Part shown: positions 60,602 through 64,000 of the stretch, one piece after another
Layout of the letters: the number at the start of each line of letters is the position of its first letter
How positions within the stretch are numbered: position 1 is the first letter of the stretch
DNA from: Xylographa opegraphella
Lineage: Eukaryota
Assembly: GCA_022813865.1 (NCBI GenBank)
Contig: JALDZX010000010.1
Span: forward strand, 372,001 to 436,000
Reading direction: 5' to 3'
Length of the DNA: 64,000 nucleotides
The notes under the pieces: model-generated
Told to the model about the DNA's origin: nothing
The model's input: the letters and a program-made list of their open reading frames with translations, nothing else
Database searches by the model: none
Program-made: the position numbers and the translations under genes

Positions 60602-61667
60602 CTAATGCGCCGGCTGTACCTCACCCCTCCTATCGCTCACGCTATAGATGCCCACCCGCCCATACACATCCTTATACTTCTGCCGCACATAATCCTCCAC
60701 ACTGACGGGCGCATACTTCTCATCCTCCGGCCTCGCGCGGCACTTCTCGATGCACCTCACCACGAAGTCCGGGTTACCGTTATAGTTGAACGGGATGCTG
60801 AAGCGCTCCTGCCCGGACCGGTTGATGACCCGGTGCACGTTCGACACGTACTCGTCGTTCGTCCACTGCTCGAACAGGTTGCCCAGGTTCACGACGTAGG
60901 CGCCCTCCACCGGCGGGGCGGCGTAGAAGGACTGGGACTCCTCGTCCCACACCTCGAGGCCCGGCACGTCGCCCTGCAGCAACAGCGTGATGACGCCGAA
61001 GTCGCGGTGCGCCCCGATGCCCCGCTGCAGGGCGTGCGCGTCCGGCGGCTGGGGGGGGTAGTGCAGGAGCTTGTAGAAGGCCATGGGGTCGTGGCAGAAG
61101 TCGGCGAAGAAATGCTGGTCGTAGCCGAGGGACATGGCGATGGCCTGCATGACTTGCTCCGTCAGCGCCGCGACCTGGCGGAGGTAATCCATGCACGTGT
61201 CGCGGAAACTGGAACCGAGAGTCGAGGGCCAGACGTTGGGACCGTGGGCGAACTTCTTGGACACGACGGCCGGGTGGGTCGGCGGCAGGTCGGCGGCGAC
61301 GTAGTAGCCCTCTTTGAGGTCCGGCTTCGTGTCTTTCTCGATCATCTGGCCGTACATGACTTCGTAGCCACGGTTGTGCTCGTTTTGGGCTCCCAGATGT
61401 TAGTGAACGGGCATGGAGTAGTGAAAGGGATGTTGGATGCGTACATTTGTCAAGTTTCATCTTCTCCTGCAGTGGAAGCGCGAAAAAGGCCTTGGATTGC
61501 TTGAACATCTCTTTCTGGAGCTCAAGAGAGATGGGGTGGTTGACAATCTGGAAGAAGCCTTGGGTCCGGCAGGCGTGACCGATCTGCTCGGCACATTTCT
61601 TCATTCGTGACGGGTCGCCAGAAAGGAACTCGCCAAAGTCGATGACAGGCGGGGTCTTTGTGGACAT
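60602..61667 (-). CDS. 2-oxoglutarate/Fe(II)-dependent dioxygenase (IPNS-like), 2 exons
   Basis: PVIDF, ACRTQGFFQIVNH, FFALP, LLHYPP, HRDFG (HxD), VVNLGN, SNVHRV (distal His), RFSIPF. Confidence 0.95.
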
Positions 61668-62631
61668 ATTGGGTGTGTGTGTGTGGGCTTCTATGAATGA
61701 AGTTTTGAAATTGTAAGTTGGATTGTTCTGATTGTATGGTTACTGATGGTGAAGTTGGCAGACTTGTGTGGAACTCTCTAGCCCTTTATATAGACAAGCC
61801 CTTTGCCTTGGAGTGCCCAGCCCGAACGACGGCCAACATGCCATGCTGACCGACAATGAAGGTCACAGTAATTATGACATGTGTGGCTTTCCCTTGATTG
61901 ACGGGGCCCATCGGTGATGAACAGAGAGATCATCAATATTGGAGTAATACGGAATGTGCTCACGTCTCGGCTGCACTTTTCACCTTCTGCAGGATCTTAG
62001 ACTCATGTTCATCCAACGCGTGTGATGTCACTCTAGGGAGCAGTGAACGACTTGATCGGCAATAAGAAGTACGGCGTTGTGAAGTGGAAGGCCTTGTCCT
62101 GGTACAACATTACGCATGTGTGCAGAAGCCACGATGCGGGTTATCGAAGAGTCTGATCAGCATTACCAGGTGTCATGTATGGTCTTCGCTGGAGCGCGAA
62201 AGTGTCCTTCGGATCAGCAACGAACAACGCCCAAATGCTGAACTCGTGGCGAATAGTAGGTTTGAACAAGACATCGTGGACAGGACAGTGTCAGGGGATA
62301 GCATCCTATAGGATCTCCCCAGCTCTGCGGCAGCAAGGACCAAGATCATGATTGGGCCGGTAAGAAAAAGAAACCAGAATACATATACATTACCATTATA
62401 CAAATAGTAAAAAACATGTATATAACGTATTTATTGACACGATAATTGATATTATTGTATACAATGGTTTGTAAGAAAATTTTAATGTATAGGAAGCGCA
62501 TGTGGTACTGTTGCCTGCTTCATTTCCAATTCAATGTATACAATAATAGTAGGATAATGTTTTCCTAACTTTATTTGTTTCAAGAATATACTTTAGACAG
62601 TTTATAACAAATGAGGAATTGGCTAACAGCT

Positions 62632-64000
62632 TCATGATTCCTCTACAGCCATAGTCCTCATATGGTACTTACTAACAGCTCGCAATCGTGGGCCAAAATG
62701 ATAAAACACCCACGGCAGAGGCGCCATAGCCAGGGCCAGAAACCCCAACAGACTTGTCGCCCATGGTGTACCAAGTTTATCATACATTATCGTAGCGAAC
62801 AACGGAAATCCAGCCCCAAACAAAGAGCGAAGCACAGCATTTGCAGCCAACGCGCTGGCAGCGTATTGACCATAGCAATCAGTCAGATACGAAGTGATTC
62901 CCAAGAACAAGGTAACAAGACCAAGACCAAACGGTATGCCTGCGAGGACACTTGAAGCCCAGTGTATAGGTGGTAATGCTGTCCATGCAAACCAGAAAAG
63001 TCCTATGGGAATCAACCATGATAGAACGATTAGGTGTGGTAAGCGGGCTTCGGGTTTTGGCCCGCCCAGTTTCTTCACATAATGGGTGTAAATCTTGTTG
63101 ATATAGGGAGAAAAAGCGGTTGCAATCGCCATACCTACGGCAAGGCCAAGAAATGAAAGACCGGAGATACCTGGCGACCAGCGCCGACTTTGCTCATACA
63201 CAAGGGGGTAAGCGGTGAAGTCCAAATACAAAATCCCGTAGACAAAGGCCATATATATGGATAACAAAAAAAGGATCGGCTCAGTGAATAACATCATCCA
63301 CGGGCGGGAGAGGTTAATATACAACTGCGGTCCAATCCTTTGATGCTGGTAAGGCATCCCTAGTCGGCGTGCTTTGTCTCGAAGGAGTTTGGCTTGGTAT
63401 GTCTCTGGAAGCAGAACAGCCATAAAGAGGTACGCAGCACCACCCATGATGAGCACAACCCAGAATACCCACCGCCAGGATAGATATTCTACAACAAAAC
63501 CGCCTATAGTAGGCGCAATCACAGGACCCAAGAAGCTGGCGGCCGCGTAGAAAGCAAACGGCACCGAGCGATGGCTTTGAGGCCAGATGTCAATTATGGT
63601 TCCGCCCGAATTTGTAACCGTAGGTGAGCCGAAGAAGCCCGAGAAGAATCGAAACACCAGCAGTGAAGCGATGTTGGGAGCTAGGGCACATCCAAGCTGG
63701 AAAACGACGAATAGAAGTAACGTTGTCCTGTATATTGTATTCCGACCCCTAGAACTTCTCAGTTGCGTATGAATTATTGCGAGCATTCATATGCTCACCA
63801 GAATTCGGAAAGGGGTGCAAACACCAGAGGGCCAGAGCCGAAACCCAGTAGGAATGTACTGATCCCTAATGTCGACACAACTCGGGAGCAACCCAAGTCG
63901 TCAGCGATGGCTTGAATTGCGGAGGTGTAAATACTGGAGCAGAATGCGATTGTAGCTGTCATGGCAATGATAACGGAGGTAGAAAGCCCTGTAAAGATGG
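62632..64000 (-). CDS. MFS DHA1-family drug:H+ antiporter (5' end beyond window)
   Basis: GCALAPNI..LLVFRFFSGFFGS, GPVIAPTIGGF, WRWVFW, LLPETY, RPWMMLFTEPI, PEARL, YAASALAAN, GFPLFA. Confidence 0.93.

Noticed and set aside
62380..62625. AT-rich tract as a RIP-degraded transposon
   Set aside because: Short and immediately 3' of the MFS stop codon; better explained as 3' UTR/terminator, with no TE coding remnants.

Overview
Gene-dense, intron-containing nuclear DNA from a filamentous ascomycete (Pezizomycotina; a lichen-forming Lecanoromycete is plausible but only a guess). About 28 genes can be read, mostly conserved housekeeping loci: PRP24, TMEM234-like, PGAP4-like, MAD2, a short MYST acetyltransferase, CUE3, an Rds1/LsdA-like ferritin-fold protein, RPS20, NUP42/AMO1, NmrA-like, LPD1, LDB17, a GH47 mannosidase, CCT6, NOP56, a kinesin-10, two MFS transporters, eIF3e and a 2OG-Fe(II) oxygenase. 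They are interspersed with small patches of orphan or decaying genes (1-2.1 kb, 6.9-8.0 kb, 25.7-31.3 kb, 33.7-38.5 kb). I found no tRNA, rRNA, CRISPR array or recognisable transposon. The most unusual signals are: (i) recurrent 0.5-1 kb GC-rich islands near the 3' ends of a subset of genes, each flipping from C/A-rich to G/T-rich at its centre regardless of gene strand; (ii) a secreted M35/zincin-like protein with EExxH in place of HExxH; (iii) a tail-to-tail BTB paralogue pair with very different base composition; (iv) two tandem orphan genes sharing a Cys/His module; (v) a structured RPS20 intron that can pair next to its own 5' splice site; (vi) a head-to-head TMEM234-like/PGAP4-like pair. 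Exon boundaries were read by eye and family calls come from motif recognition, not database searches.
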